A stretch of DNA of 64,000 nucleotides from Bdellovibrionales bacterium (GTDB taxonomy: Bacteria > Bdellovibrionota > Bdellovibrionia > Bdellovibrionales > JAMPXM01). Of the stretch, positions 47,152 through 55,713 are shown in pieces. Position 1 is the stretch's first letter. Each line of letters starts with the position of its first letter. The notes under the pieces are model-generated. The model was not told where the DNA came from. It saw only the letters and a list, made by a program, of their open reading frames with translations, and searched no databases. A program made the position numbers and the translations under genes. The DNA lies in the NCBI GenBank assembly GCA_043739185.1, contig JAYUEN010000386.1:16764-80763 (forward strand). Reading direction: 5' to 3'.

Positions 47152-48755
47152 TTTTTTACAAACTCACTTAACTCATTCCAAAAATTTTGCGTCTCTTCTG
47201 CGTCCGGAACTACTTCTAAAACCTGAGTGTTCGGCTGCAATACTTCAAAAGTTTTGCCTTTCCAAAGCTGATAGTCAAGGCGCCACATTTTCGCCCAATG
47301 TGAAAAATCTAAATCGTGAGAGTTTTCAAAGAGCGGGTCATTGTAAATGCGATGAAAAATTTGGCCGCCGCCATTGTTCAAAATTACAATTTTTTGATTT
47401 TTATTTGAAACACTTTTTAATGCCCAGGGTGCGGCTAAATCATAGAGTGCGGTCAAATCGCCAAGTAAACACCAAGAGCGCCCCGCAGAGGTCGCCGTCA
47501 TTCCCAAATAGCTCGAAAGTTGGCCATCAATCCCATTGGCGCCACGATTGGCAAAAATTTGTTTTGGCCTTTCGTAAGTTGCTGCCAAATCCCACTCTCG
47601 AATTGGCAAACTATTTCCGATATAAAATAGTTCATCGGCTTCGACAAGTTCAGAAATTTTTCTTACCAGTGCCGGTTCTGAACGCGGATATTTTTGCAAA
47701 AGTGATTCGTTAAACTCAGATTGTTCTTTATCTAGTAAGGCAATTTGTTTTTGCCAAATCATTTGTTTGGGCGTGTTTGTCCAATTCACGCTCTCGCAAA
47801 AACTGGCAAGGTCGCTATGTAAAAAAATTGAGTCACTTAGACCGCTAAAAGCTAAAGGGCTCACACTGAGCACCTTGGTTTTTTCGCCCGCCAATTCTAA
47901 ATCTCGCCACAGCCTGGTTGTCGGAATCGATCCTAGTCGTAGCACCAAATCGAAATTAAATTTTTTAAAAAGCTGACAGGTAAATTGTTCTCCGCCGTGA
48001 ATAAGAAATTGCTTTAAAGTAGGCGACTCCCTCAATCCTGAACCGCCTTCTGCATATGTCGGCCATTGCAAAGCCAAACAGATTTTGCGGGCGGCTTCTA
48101 TTTCTTTTTCTCCATCGAGACTTCCTAAAATGATAAGGGGTCTTTCACATTTCGAACCTGCCGCACTCATTTTTTGCTGAACCTCTTGATTATCTGCTTT
48201 ATTCAACTTAGTTGGCCGAAATTTCGTGGCCTGAGGTAGGGTCCATTTCCCAAGCTCGGCATCAATTATTGGCTCATCGATACAGAGATTGATGTGGAGT
48301 GGGGCCCGCTGTGACCATGCAGCCAAAGTGAAGGCTCTATTTTCGAGATCAAAACTTTGCTCCACAAAACTCGACATAAACTTGCTTTGATCAATGCATT
48401 GAGGGGCCCCAGTGAATCTGAGGCGACTTGGTCGATCTGCGGTGATGAAAACCAGGGGCGCGCCAGAATAGTAAGCCTCAATACAAGCAGGCAAAAGTTC
48501 GGCAGCGGCGGTTCCCGAAGTGGTTACAACGGCCACAGGTTTTTGCAGGGCCCGGCACCGCCCCAAAGCAAAAAACGCCGCTGACCTCTCCTCAAAAAAT
48601 GAGTAAATTCGGGTGTTTTCGAGCTCTCCTAGGCAGCGAATGAAGGGCGCATTACGAGAGCCCGCGCAGTATACAATTTCACTCAAGCCAAAGTGTGCTA
48701 GCTCTTTTAAGATCAGCTGACAAGCCTCAATGTTGTTATGTTTTTTTAGACTCAA
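47148..48755 (-). CDS. menD: SEPHCHC synthase (ThDP-dependent)
   Basis: N-terminal AGSRNAPF, TSGTAAAELLPA, and a ThDP motif region GDLTALYDL...NNGGGQIF. Confidence 0.9.
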   Translation of the reverse strand: MSLKKHNNIEACQLILKELAHFGLSEIVYCAGSRNAPFIRCLGELENTRIYSFFEERSAAFFALGRCRALQKPVAVVTTSGTAAAELLPACIEAYYSGAPLVFITADRPSRLRFTGAPQCIDQSKFMSSFVEQSFDLENRAFTLAAWSQRAPLHINLCIDEPIIDAELGKWTLPQATKFRPTKLNKADNQEVQQKMSAAGSKCERPLIILGSLDGEKEIEAARKICLALQWPTYAEGGSGLRESPTLKQFLIHGGEQFTCQLFKKFNFDLVLRLGSIPTTRLWRDLELAGEKTKVLSVSPLAFSGLSDSIFLHSDLASFCESVNWTNTPKQMIWQKQIALLDKEQSEFNESLLQKYPRSEPALVRKISELVEADELFYIGNSLPIREWDLAATYERPKQIFANRGANGIDGQLSSYLGMTATSAGRSWCLLGDLTALYDLAAPWALKSVSNKNQKIVILNNGGGQIFHRIYNDPLFENSHDLDFSHWAKMWRLDYQLWKGKTFEVLQPNTQVLEVVPDAEETQNFWNELSEFVKK

Positions 48756-48936
48756 TGTGACCCCTTAAAGGCTTAAAACCACCACTTGAAAAAGCTCTGA
48801 CTTTATAGTTTATTCACCTCTAAAATGCGGGCCCTTTCGAGAGACCTCATTATGGTATTGATCAGCTTGTCATACAATGATTTAGTGATTTCAACATGAA
48901 GGAATTCGGGCTCAATGTGCCCGTAAAAAATTTTTT

Positions 48937-49809
48937 ATGAGTCCAAATCAGATCGTGAAAATTAAAAATTCAACTCCACTTGAATTTGGCGGACGCAATA
49001 TTCCGGTGATTGCGGGGCCGTGCGCGCTTGAGTCTCAAGAACAAATGTTGATGACAGCAAGTGGAGTAAAAAATTGCGGCGCAAGTATTTTGCGCGGAGG
49101 CATCTACAAGATGCGCACCAATCCAAATTCTTTTCAAGGTCTTGGCGACAAAGCTTTTGGATTTATCAATCAAGTTAAGGCCGCAGTTCAAATGCCACTT
49201 ATATCAGAAGTGGTCGATCCAAGACAGATTTCAGAAATGCTTGGTTCAGTCGATATTTTTCAAATTGGCTCTCGCAATATGTATAATTATGCGCTGTTAA
49301 AAGAAATTGCGAAGACCGATAAACCAGTTGTGCTGAAGCGTGGGTTCTCGGCAACTATTGAAGAGTGGCTTAATGCGGCCGACTATATTCTTCAAGGCGG
49401 AAACCAAAATGTTATTTTGTGTGAGCGTGGCATCCGCAGCTTCGACACCACCACGCGCAATACTCTAGATCTCAATGCTGTGGCCTATATCAAGGCGCAC
49501 ACCAAATTTCCGATTCTAGTCGATCCTTCTCACGGAACAGGTCGACCAGAGCTCATTGCTCCCATGGCGGCTGCGGCAATTGCTGCCGGTGCCGACGGGC
49601 TCATGATTGAAGTTCATATTGAACCAAAAAAATCTTTTAGTGATGCCTTTCAAGCACTGAGCATCGAACAATTCGCTGAGGTTATGAAGCTCTGCCGTTC
49701 AGTAGCCGCGGCTTGTGGTCGTGAGATTTTGCCTGAAGGATATAGTAAGCGGTCAGTAACTTATGATTCGGTGGTTAATCCAACTGACTCAGCGAATTTG
49801 GTAATGTGA
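48937..49809 (+). CDS. aroF: 3-deoxy-7-phosphoheptulonate (DAHP) synthase, class I-beta
   Basis: IAGPCALES, LRGGIYKMRTNPNSFQGLG, CERGIRSF, DPSHGTG. Confidence 0.85.
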   Translation: MSPNQIVKIKNSTPLEFGGRNIPVIAGPCALESQEQMLMTASGVKNCGASILRGGIYKMRTNPNSFQGLGDKAFGFINQVKAAVQMPLISEVVDPRQISEMLGSVDIFQIGSRNMYNYALLKEIAKTDKPVVLKRGFSATIEEWLNAADYILQGGNQNVILCERGIRSFDTTTRNTLDLNAVAYIKAHTKFPILVDPSHGTGRPELIAPMAAAAIAAGADGLMIEVHIEPKKSFSDAFQALSIEQFAEVMKLCRSVAAACGREILPEGYSKRSVTYDSVVNPTDSANLVM

Positions 49810-50528
49810 TCGTGCAAAATTTTGTCGGCCCAGAATCAGTCAAAATCAAAAATATGTTTAGCAGCGTGGCTGCAAATTACGATCGGGCCAATAATATTCT
49901 CTCCGTAGGAATTCATCATCTCTGGCGTAAAAGTTTAGTTCAGTGGAGTGCCGCTCGTAACGGAACTCAAATTCTAGATTGCGCCTCCGGAACTGGCGAC
50001 CTGGCCATCGAATTCAAAAAAGTGGTGGGCCATGAAGGCTCAGTTACCGGCACAGATTTTTGTGCAGATATGCTGACCACCGCTCCACAAAAGGCTCGCG
50101 CGCAAGGCCTTGAAATTAAATTTGAAACTGCAGATGTGACAGCTCTTCCCTATGCGGACGCCAGTTTTGATGTGGTCAGTATTTCTTTTGGAATTCGCAA
50201 TGTTCAAGATCCGTTACGTGCACTGCGAGAAATGGCCCGTGTTTGCAAACCCGGCGGCCGCGTGATGATTCTCGAATTTGGTCAACCAACAATTCCGGTA
50301 GTTCGCGAATTTTATAAATTTTATTCTGAAAGAGCTTTGCCTTACCTAGGCGGGTTTATCACCGGCAATACATCTGCATATAAATATCTACAGTCCTCCT
50401 CAGCACATTTTCCCTGCGGAAAAGAATTTGCCGATTTAGTCAAAAGCAGCGGTGCATATGATGGCTGCGAATTCCGCAAATTAAGCCTAGGTATCGCCTG
50501 GATGTATCGCCTGAATGTACCTGCTTAG
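49806..50528 (+). CDS. ubiE: demethylmenaquinone/ubiquinone C-methyltransferase
   Basis: MFSSVAANYDRANNILSVGIHHLWRK and SAM motif LDCASGTGD. The last 3 codons plus the stop lie inside the 71-nt palindrome. Confidence 0.9.
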   Translation: MIVQNFVGPESVKIKNMFSSVAANYDRANNILSVGIHHLWRKSLVQWSAARNGTQILDCASGTGDLAIEFKKVVGHEGSVTGTDFCADMLTTAPQKARAQGLEIKFETADVTALPYADASFDVVSISFGIRNVQDPLRALREMARVCKPGGRVMILEFGQPTIPVVREFYKFYSERALPYLGGFITGNTSAYKYLQSSSAHFPCGKEFADLVKSSGAYDGCEFRKLSLGIAWMYRLNVPA

Positions 50529-50584
50529 TTTTGGAGGCGCGGCGTATTGAACGCCGTGCGCCTCCAAAACTAAGCAGGTACATT
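50514..50584. repeat. 71-nt near-perfect palindrome (REP-like hairpin)
   Basis: The arms are aatgtacctgcttagttttggaggcgc and gcgcctccaaaactaagcaggtacatt (perfect 27-nt complement). There is an inner ggcgt/acgcc stem, one bulged t, and an attga loop. Confidence 0.85.
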
Positions 50585-50651
50585 TCGGATCCCAACCCCG
50601 TTTAATTTGATCCTGTCTTTGGCATGAAATTGCAATGTTGCATCGATTGCG

Positions 50652-51290
50652 ATGTTAAAAGAAAAATCAAATGCATTCGAATTTCCTCCGATCCACATAA
50701 GTGCTCGTTGTATAAACAAGCAGTGGTTTGACTTACCCCTCGAGCAAGTTTGGAGAATTTTTGAAAACTATCTTTTCTTTGTCCATCATGCTTTTGAAAT
50801 TGAGATCATTTCATTTGTACTAATGTCCAACCATTTTCACCTATTGGTTCGGGTGCCTCAGGGCAATCTTAGTCAGGCGATGAACTATTTTATGCGAGAG
50901 ACAAGTCGACAGATCGGCAGGGACGCGGGGAGGATCAATCAAACTTACGGCGGTCGATACTTCAGATGTTATATTCATTCAAATAATTATTTCTTGAGCG
51001 CTTACAAATATGTTTACCGCAATCCGGTCGAATCCGGCGCCGCGAAAAAAGTTGAAGACTACAAATTTTCAAGTTTATACGCAATTTTGGGCGGACAACA
51101 CTCGATGATTCCAATTGCTCAGGATCAATTACTTTTTTCGGATATTGCCGGGACTTTGCATTGGCTCAATGCTGGACGAGAAAGCTCAAACTATTTAGCA
51201 ATGAAGAGCGCGCTTAAAAAGAAAAAAATGGAGTTTGGAAACGACCGAAAAACGCGAAAGCCCCATATTTTAACTACTGATCTATATTGA
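50652..51290 (+). CDS. REP-associated tyrosine transposase (RAYT, IS200/Y1_Tnp-like)
   Basis: HUH motif in VLMSNHFHLLVRVP and catalytic Tyr region AYKYVYRNPVESG followed by YKFSSL, as in Y1 transposase/RayT proteins. Confidence 0.8.
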   Translation: MLKEKSNAFEFPPIHISARCINKQWFDLPLEQVWRIFENYLFFVHHAFEIEIISFVLMSNHFHLLVRVPQGNLSQAMNYFMRETSRQIGRDAGRINQTYGGRYFRCYIHSNNYFLSAYKYVYRNPVESGAAKKVEDYKFSSLYAILGGQHSMIPIAQDQLLFSDIAGTLHWLNAGRESSNYLAMKSALKKKKMEFGNDRKTRKPHILTTDLY

Positions 51291-51993
51291 ATTGGAGCGG
51301 CGCGCCTCCAAAACTAAGCAGGTACATTCTGGCTTTGGAGAAGACTCGGCTACCGAAAAATCCGCGGTAAGCGGAGAGCGGACTGGGGTGAACGCTCTCT
51401 AAAACCAAATGCTTTTTGCGGTCGATTTTTGCGCCTTTTTTTTGCGCGTAGGCGCCCCACAAAATGAATACAAGATGCTCGCGCTCTTCACTTAAAACTT
51501 CGATTACTTTGTCGGTGAATAACTCCCAGCCTCGGTTTTGGTGTGAACCTGCACGGCCTGATTCAACTGTCATCACACTGTTTAAAAGTAAGATCCCCTG
51601 CTGTGCCCATGGGAGGAGATTTCCGTGAGTCGGGCGTTTGATACCAAGATCGCTTTCAAGTTCTTTGAAAATATTTAAGAGCGAGGGTGGAGGGGGTACA
51701 CCTCTTGGAACTGAAAAACTGAGACCGTGGGCTTGGCCGGGCCCATGATATGGATCTTGTCCTAATATTACCACGCGAACTTTCTCAAATGGAGTTTCGC
51801 GAAAAGCAGCAAATATATCGCTAGGTTTTGGATAGATGATTTTTTTTGCTGCCCGTTCTTTTTGCAAAAAAGCACGCAGAGATAGCATATATTCTTTAGA
51901 GAATTCTGGGAGAAGACGGGCCTTCCAACTTTCCTCTAATTTTATCTCACTATAGTCGAATTTTTCAGCAAAGTTTTGCGATTGCATTTTCAT
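51274..51993 (-). CDS. ung: uracil-DNA glycosylase (family 1)
   Basis: VVILGQDPYHGPGQAHGLSFSV, LLLNSVMTV, HPSPLSAYRGFFG. The 3' end overlaps the RAYT gene by 17 nt. Confidence 0.9.
   Translation of the reverse strand: MKMQSQNFAEKFDYSEIKLEESWKARLLPEFSKEYMLSLRAFLQKERAAKKIIYPKPSDIFAAFRETPFEKVRVVILGQDPYHGPGQAHGLSFSVPRGVPPPPSLLNIFKELESDLGIKRPTHGNLLPWAQQGILLLNSVMTVESGRAGSHQNRGWELFTDKVIEVLSEEREHLVFILWGAYAQKKGAKIDRKKHLVLESVHPSPLSAYRGFFGSRVFSKARMYLLSFGGAPLQFNIDQ
51284..51328 (+). repeat. direct copy of the right palindrome arm
   Basis: atattgaa..gcgcctccaaaactaagcaggtacatt. The last 27 nt are identical to 50558-50584. A short ttggag/ctccaa hairpin remains. Confidence 0.8.
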
Positions 51994-52089
51994 CTTTTAG
52001 TGTGAAAACTCAAACTTGACAAGTCACTTTGCGAACTCAGATTAGATATGAGGATGGCTTAGCGAATTTAAAAGCCGTAAGGAGGAAGT

Positions 52090-52410
52090 ATGAACTATGT
52101 AAGTCCAGATAAGGAACTCCAGGCTTATATTTACCAACAGATTTCAGAGCTTGAGCCGTTTTTATTACCCAATACGCAAGTGAACGTTCTGGTTCAAAAT
52201 GAAAAGAAAGCGAAGAGCGTTAAGCTCTCGGTATCTGTTCCGGCGGGAACACTTGAGGCCGAAGCGGCAGATAAAAATATATACAAAGCTATTCGAGATG
52301 CCAAACAGGTTTTGTTATTTCAGATTGATGAAATAAATAACGAGACGGATTCTGTTGAGCGTGATCTAAAAGTTAGAACTTATATGAACGGAAGCCACCA
52401 GCTACATTGA
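52090..52410 (+). CDS. hpf: ribosome hibernation factor (HPF/RaiA, S30AE family), short form
   Basis: 106 aa. The pattern ...VNVLV....K...V.LSVSVPAGTLEAEAADKNIYKAIRDAKQVLLFQI parallels E. coli HPF (..DMYAAIDGLIDKLARQL). Confidence 0.55.
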   Translation: MNYVSPDKELQAYIYQQISELEPFLLPNTQVNVLVQNEKKAKSVKLSVSVPAGTLEAEAADKNIYKAIRDAKQVLLFQIDEINNETDSVERDLKVRTYMNGSHQLH

Positions 52411-53505
52411 TTACTTCTCTCTTAAGAAAGCATTTTGTTGATCTTGCGAACGGTATCTGCGGTTCACCATTTCAAAAATATTGTCGCCTTTTACTCCGAT
52501 GTTTTCATTACCAAGTTTTTTAGAAAGTCCTGCGACACTTGCTTTGCCTGAACCTGCACCGCGGCCGTTGCCATTGAGGCGTGAATTCAAAAGGCTATTC
52601 AAATCCATCGAGGCATTTGGATTGGCGGCACCTGCAGTTGCACGACCGCCGCCTCCGCCAGAGTATCCGAAGCCGATACCAGAAGCATTGGCACCAGCTT
52701 TAGCGAGCAATTTAGACTCCAATGCTTTTTCATCACCTACCATTTTATCAATATTTGCGACGTCAAAGCCGCTGGCTTTCATTGATCCAGGAGTAGAATT
52801 AGCTGGAACAGTTTTGCCATTTGGTAAAGTAATTGCGCCAGTAGCAGAATCAATTGCAACGCCAGCAGCAGCGAGGCTTCCTTGAATCTTCGATAAGTCT
52901 GCACCTACGGTAGTCGTAGCGCCACCTCCGGGGCCTTTGCCGCCATTATTATTATTATTATTTCCGTTTGGATCGGTAGCACTGCCGCCGCCACCGGGGT
53001 CACCCGTGCCGTAATTTCCTCCGGTGCCGTAGCCGAAATCGGGATTGTAAGCTCCGTTGACATTGTCTGCACCATTTTGAGCAGAAGCGGTTTGTATGAG
53101 TTGCATAGCACATTGGGCGGCCATCACGCATGCCATAGCATTGTGAGGACCACACATACTTGCCATATAAATGCCAACCCCACCAGTGATGACCTCTCCG
53201 ACAATTGCTAAACCTGAGCCGCCATGTGAGGCGCCCGCAGCATTTTGCATACCATTAAGGCCCGCAGTCGCCGCGGCAGAATTACCGGCCGCATTGCCCG
53301 CATTAATCGTTTGAGTCATGCCATTGCCAGCACTACCTCTGCCAACTTGAATAGGTTGCGTGGGGGCGATGGGTTGGGCGGTTGATCCAGAGGGGGTTCC
53401 TACCGTTGGCGTTTGTGCCATAAGTTGAGGCGACAAAAGCAAAGACGCAAATAAAATGAGACCACGCGAGCTAAACAAATTTAGTTTATTAATAGTTTGA
53501 TCCAT
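52411..53505 (-). CDS. secreted Gly/Ala/Asn-rich low-complexity protein (paralogue 1)
   Basis: Signal peptide, Gly/Ala/Asn-rich body, one hydrophobic Cys-containing segment, and a C-terminal module shared with the next gene. Confidence 0.7.
   Translation of the reverse strand: MDQTINKLNLFSSRGLILFASLLLSPQLMAQTPTVGTPSGSTAQPIAPTQPIQVGRGSAGNGMTQTINAGNAAGNSAAATAGLNGMQNAAGASHGGSGLAIVGEVITGGVGIYMASMCGPHNAMACVMAAQCAMQLIQTASAQNGADNVNGAYNPDFGYGTGGNYGTGDPGGGGSATDPNGNNNNNNGGKGPGGGATTTVGADLSKIQGSLAAAGVAIDSATGAITLPNGKTVPANSTPGSMKASGFDVANIDKMVGDEKALESKLLAKAGANASGIGFGYSGGGGGRATAGAANPNASMDLNSLLNSRLNGNGRGAGSGKASVAGLSKKLGNENIGVKGDNIFEMVNRRYRSQDQQNAFLREK
52945..52962. repeat. (ATT)6 trinucleotide repeat inside a CDS
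   Basis: attattattattattatt encodes NNNNNN on the minus strand. Confidence 0.9.
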
Positions 53506-53581
53506 AATTTCGCATCCTCTGTTTTAATCTAGATTTAAAAAATTCAATTATTAATCGATTTTCAAAACTTCAACGAACTAA

Positions 53582-55462
53582 CTATGGAGGTAGCAAATCA
53601 CCCTTTTTGATTTGGTATCTGCGCGAGACCTTTTCCCAAATACTTGGGCCATTGGGACCAGTCACGCCGTCTTGAGCCGATACACTCATGCCTGCAACTG
53701 CACGATTGACATAGTCGTTACGCTTTGGAAGTAAACCATTTAAGTTTAGTTTAGTTGCGAGTGCTTTGACCGCACCCGCGATTCCGCCAGGAGCGGCTGC
53801 TGCACCGGCAGCATGACCATAAGAAAATCCACCTTGACCAGCTGAGAATCCACCAAAGACATTTCCACCATTGCCGGCTCCGGCAGCTGGTGCGTCTTCA
53901 GCATTGGCTGCAGTTGCAGCGCCATTTTGTCCACCGCCGCCACCACCGAAACCACCGCCACCACCACCAGTGGCACCGCCCGCAGCTTTACCAGTATCAG
54001 GATTTGCCGTTGGCATTTGAAATCCACCACGGGTTCCGCTTCCTTGATCACCTGGTAATCCCTTGCTAAGTGCACCGCCCGAAGCGAGCCGAACTGCGAT
54101 TCCACCAGGAGCCGCCGCCAATGCCGGATTCAAACACTTGGTATCGCCCGGATTAGTTGCGCAGTAACATTCAAGTGCGTGCGTGGCCGCATAGTTTGGA
54201 TTGCCAGCACAAGTCTCAGCTAATACCGGAGGCGGCGTTGCCGCAGCGGCAGCATTGTAAGCCTTTGCACAATCGGCAGCACCTTTTGCAGTAAGACCCA
54301 TTGCCAGTGCATTGAGAGCCGCTTGTGCCGCTTGCATACTATAGCCGTTGCAAGTTGATTTGTTGGCATTATAAGAATTCACTTTGAGTTTATCGTTGGC
54401 GCGATTTGGATTTTCAGGATTATTAGATGAAGCAATCAATTCAGGAGGTGGAGTACAAGTATCGCGACAAGCAAATATTTGCTGAGTACAAGCGGCGGCA
54501 ACGCCACCCGAAAACAATTCTTGCATGCTCGCGATTTTAGATTGCATCTGACAAGCAGCTCCCGCATTCGCAGTCGAAGCATTTGCCATCGCCGCAACCG
54601 TTGCTGCTTGCTGAACTAAACTTTGCGCATTGGCCGCACTACAAAAGCTCTTGGTCTGAGCTGCTTGAGAATTACAAGGTTCATTTGCATCTGCATTGCT
54701 GTATTTGCCGTTGCCGCTGGTATCATCAGGGTTCTTATCATTGATCGATGGATTGACCGGAACGAACTTGGTTCCCGAGTCGTTACCTGCAGCTCCGTTA
54801 CCGAGATCACACATTAACTTTCCGTTTACGTACTGAGCACTCATGCTCGTTGCACAAGAGGGGTCCTCAACTAGTTTCGGGCCGCCAGTTGCAGCCGCTG
54901 CCGCAGGTGCTGGTGCGGGCGCAGCACTCGGATTACACATCGGATCGTTTGAACCTGGATAACAGGTTCCTGCAGGATGAGATGACTGAAGCACATATCC
55001 ACCACCAGGATTTCCGCCACCCGCCGACGCTGCATCTGGCGCCGTAGGTGCCGAAGGACAATGTCCATATTGATAACAATCTGCTTGAGCGGCGGCATCT
55101 AAATCAGCTTGCGTAGGTCCATTTCCTTGTCCTTGTACATTCGGCTCGCATGAATCTACACCATAATCTCCTGGGACGTTATGCTCAGTGGCTCCACATA
55201 CGGTTCTCTTTGCTTGCGTCCCTTGAGGATTTTGTACACTAGGCGCAGGAGCAGCAACTCTCCTGGCGGGCGCTGCTTTTTTTCCGCTGGGAATGTAGGT
55301 CGGTTGCGAACCGCTCGAGGCACCGCTGCAGCCACTGTCCATTATATTTCCCAAAGCATTTTCGGATTCACATTGTGCTTGGGCAAATTCAGCACTTACA
55401 ATAACAAAACTTACGAGTAGTGCGAATTTGAGAAATCCAAGACAAATTAGATTTTTCACCAC
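53582..55462 (-). CDS. secreted Ala/Gly/Cys-rich protein (paralogue 2)
   Basis: GTG start after GGTGAGG. Signal peptide, more than 20 Cys in the mature part, a GGGGGGFGGGGGG tract, and a C-terminal module shared with 52411-53505. Confidence 0.7.
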   Translation of the reverse strand: MVKNLICLGFLKFALLVSFVIVSAEFAQAQCESENALGNIMDSGCSGASSGSQPTYIPSGKKAAPARRVAAPAPSVQNPQGTQAKRTVCGATEHNVPGDYGVDSCEPNVQGQGNGPTQADLDAAAQADCYQYGHCPSAPTAPDAASAGGGNPGGGYVLQSSHPAGTCYPGSNDPMCNPSAAPAPAPAAAAATGGPKLVEDPSCATSMSAQYVNGKLMCDLGNGAAGNDSGTKFVPVNPSINDKNPDDTSGNGKYSNADANEPCNSQAAQTKSFCSAANAQSLVQQAATVAAMANASTANAGAACQMQSKIASMQELFSGGVAAACTQQIFACRDTCTPPPELIASSNNPENPNRANDKLKVNSYNANKSTCNGYSMQAAQAALNALAMGLTAKGAADCAKAYNAAAAATPPPVLAETCAGNPNYAATHALECYCATNPGDTKCLNPALAAAPGGIAVRLASGGALSKGLPGDQGSGTRGGFQMPTANPDTGKAAGGATGGGGGGFGGGGGGQNGAATAANAEDAPAAGAGNGGNVFGGFSAGQGGFSYGHAAGAAAAPGGIAGAVKALATKLNLNGLLPKRNDYVNRAVAGMSVSAQDGVTGPNGPSIWEKVSRRYQIKKGDLLPP

Positions 55463-55713
55463 ATTTACCTCACCGGCTAAAAGGATAAACTATTGTAATA
55501 ATTTATCGGTAGGGGACTTTGATCTCTAAAGGAGAAACTCAAAAATATACCAATAGGATCGCGTATTTAATCGACAGCTGAAAATTCCTTGGGCGAGTTT
55601 TGCTGTCTAACTTTTTTACAAATAAAAATTTCTAAGAAATTTTCTGTTTATAAGAGGTAATCGAGATTAAACTCATAAAGCTTGTATCAAAATGAGACAA
55701 CATTGGGATTTTT

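Larger units (their letters stand above)
50514..51328 (+). mobile_element. RAYT cassette: REP-like hairpin + IS200-like Y1 transposase gene + direct repeat copy
   Basis: The transposase-family CDS is bounded by direct copies of the 27-mer (50558-50584 and 51302-51328, identical) and an inverted copy (50514-50540). Confidence 0.6.

Noticed and set aside
53506-53581. Sigma-28 promoter upstream of the 364-aa low-complexity gene (minus strand TGAAGTTT, 7/8 to the -35 consensus).
   Set aside because: The sequence at the correct spacing (TAATAATT) does not resemble GCCGATAA.
52481-55420. Multiple antisense or alternative-frame ORFs inside the two low-complexity genes (e.g. 52481-52885, 53746-54105, 54623-54817, 54850-55047, 55181-55420).
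   Set aside because: GC-rich Gly/Ala codon runs keep several frames open. None has a start context or signal, and they overlap the long signal-peptide-bearing ORFs.
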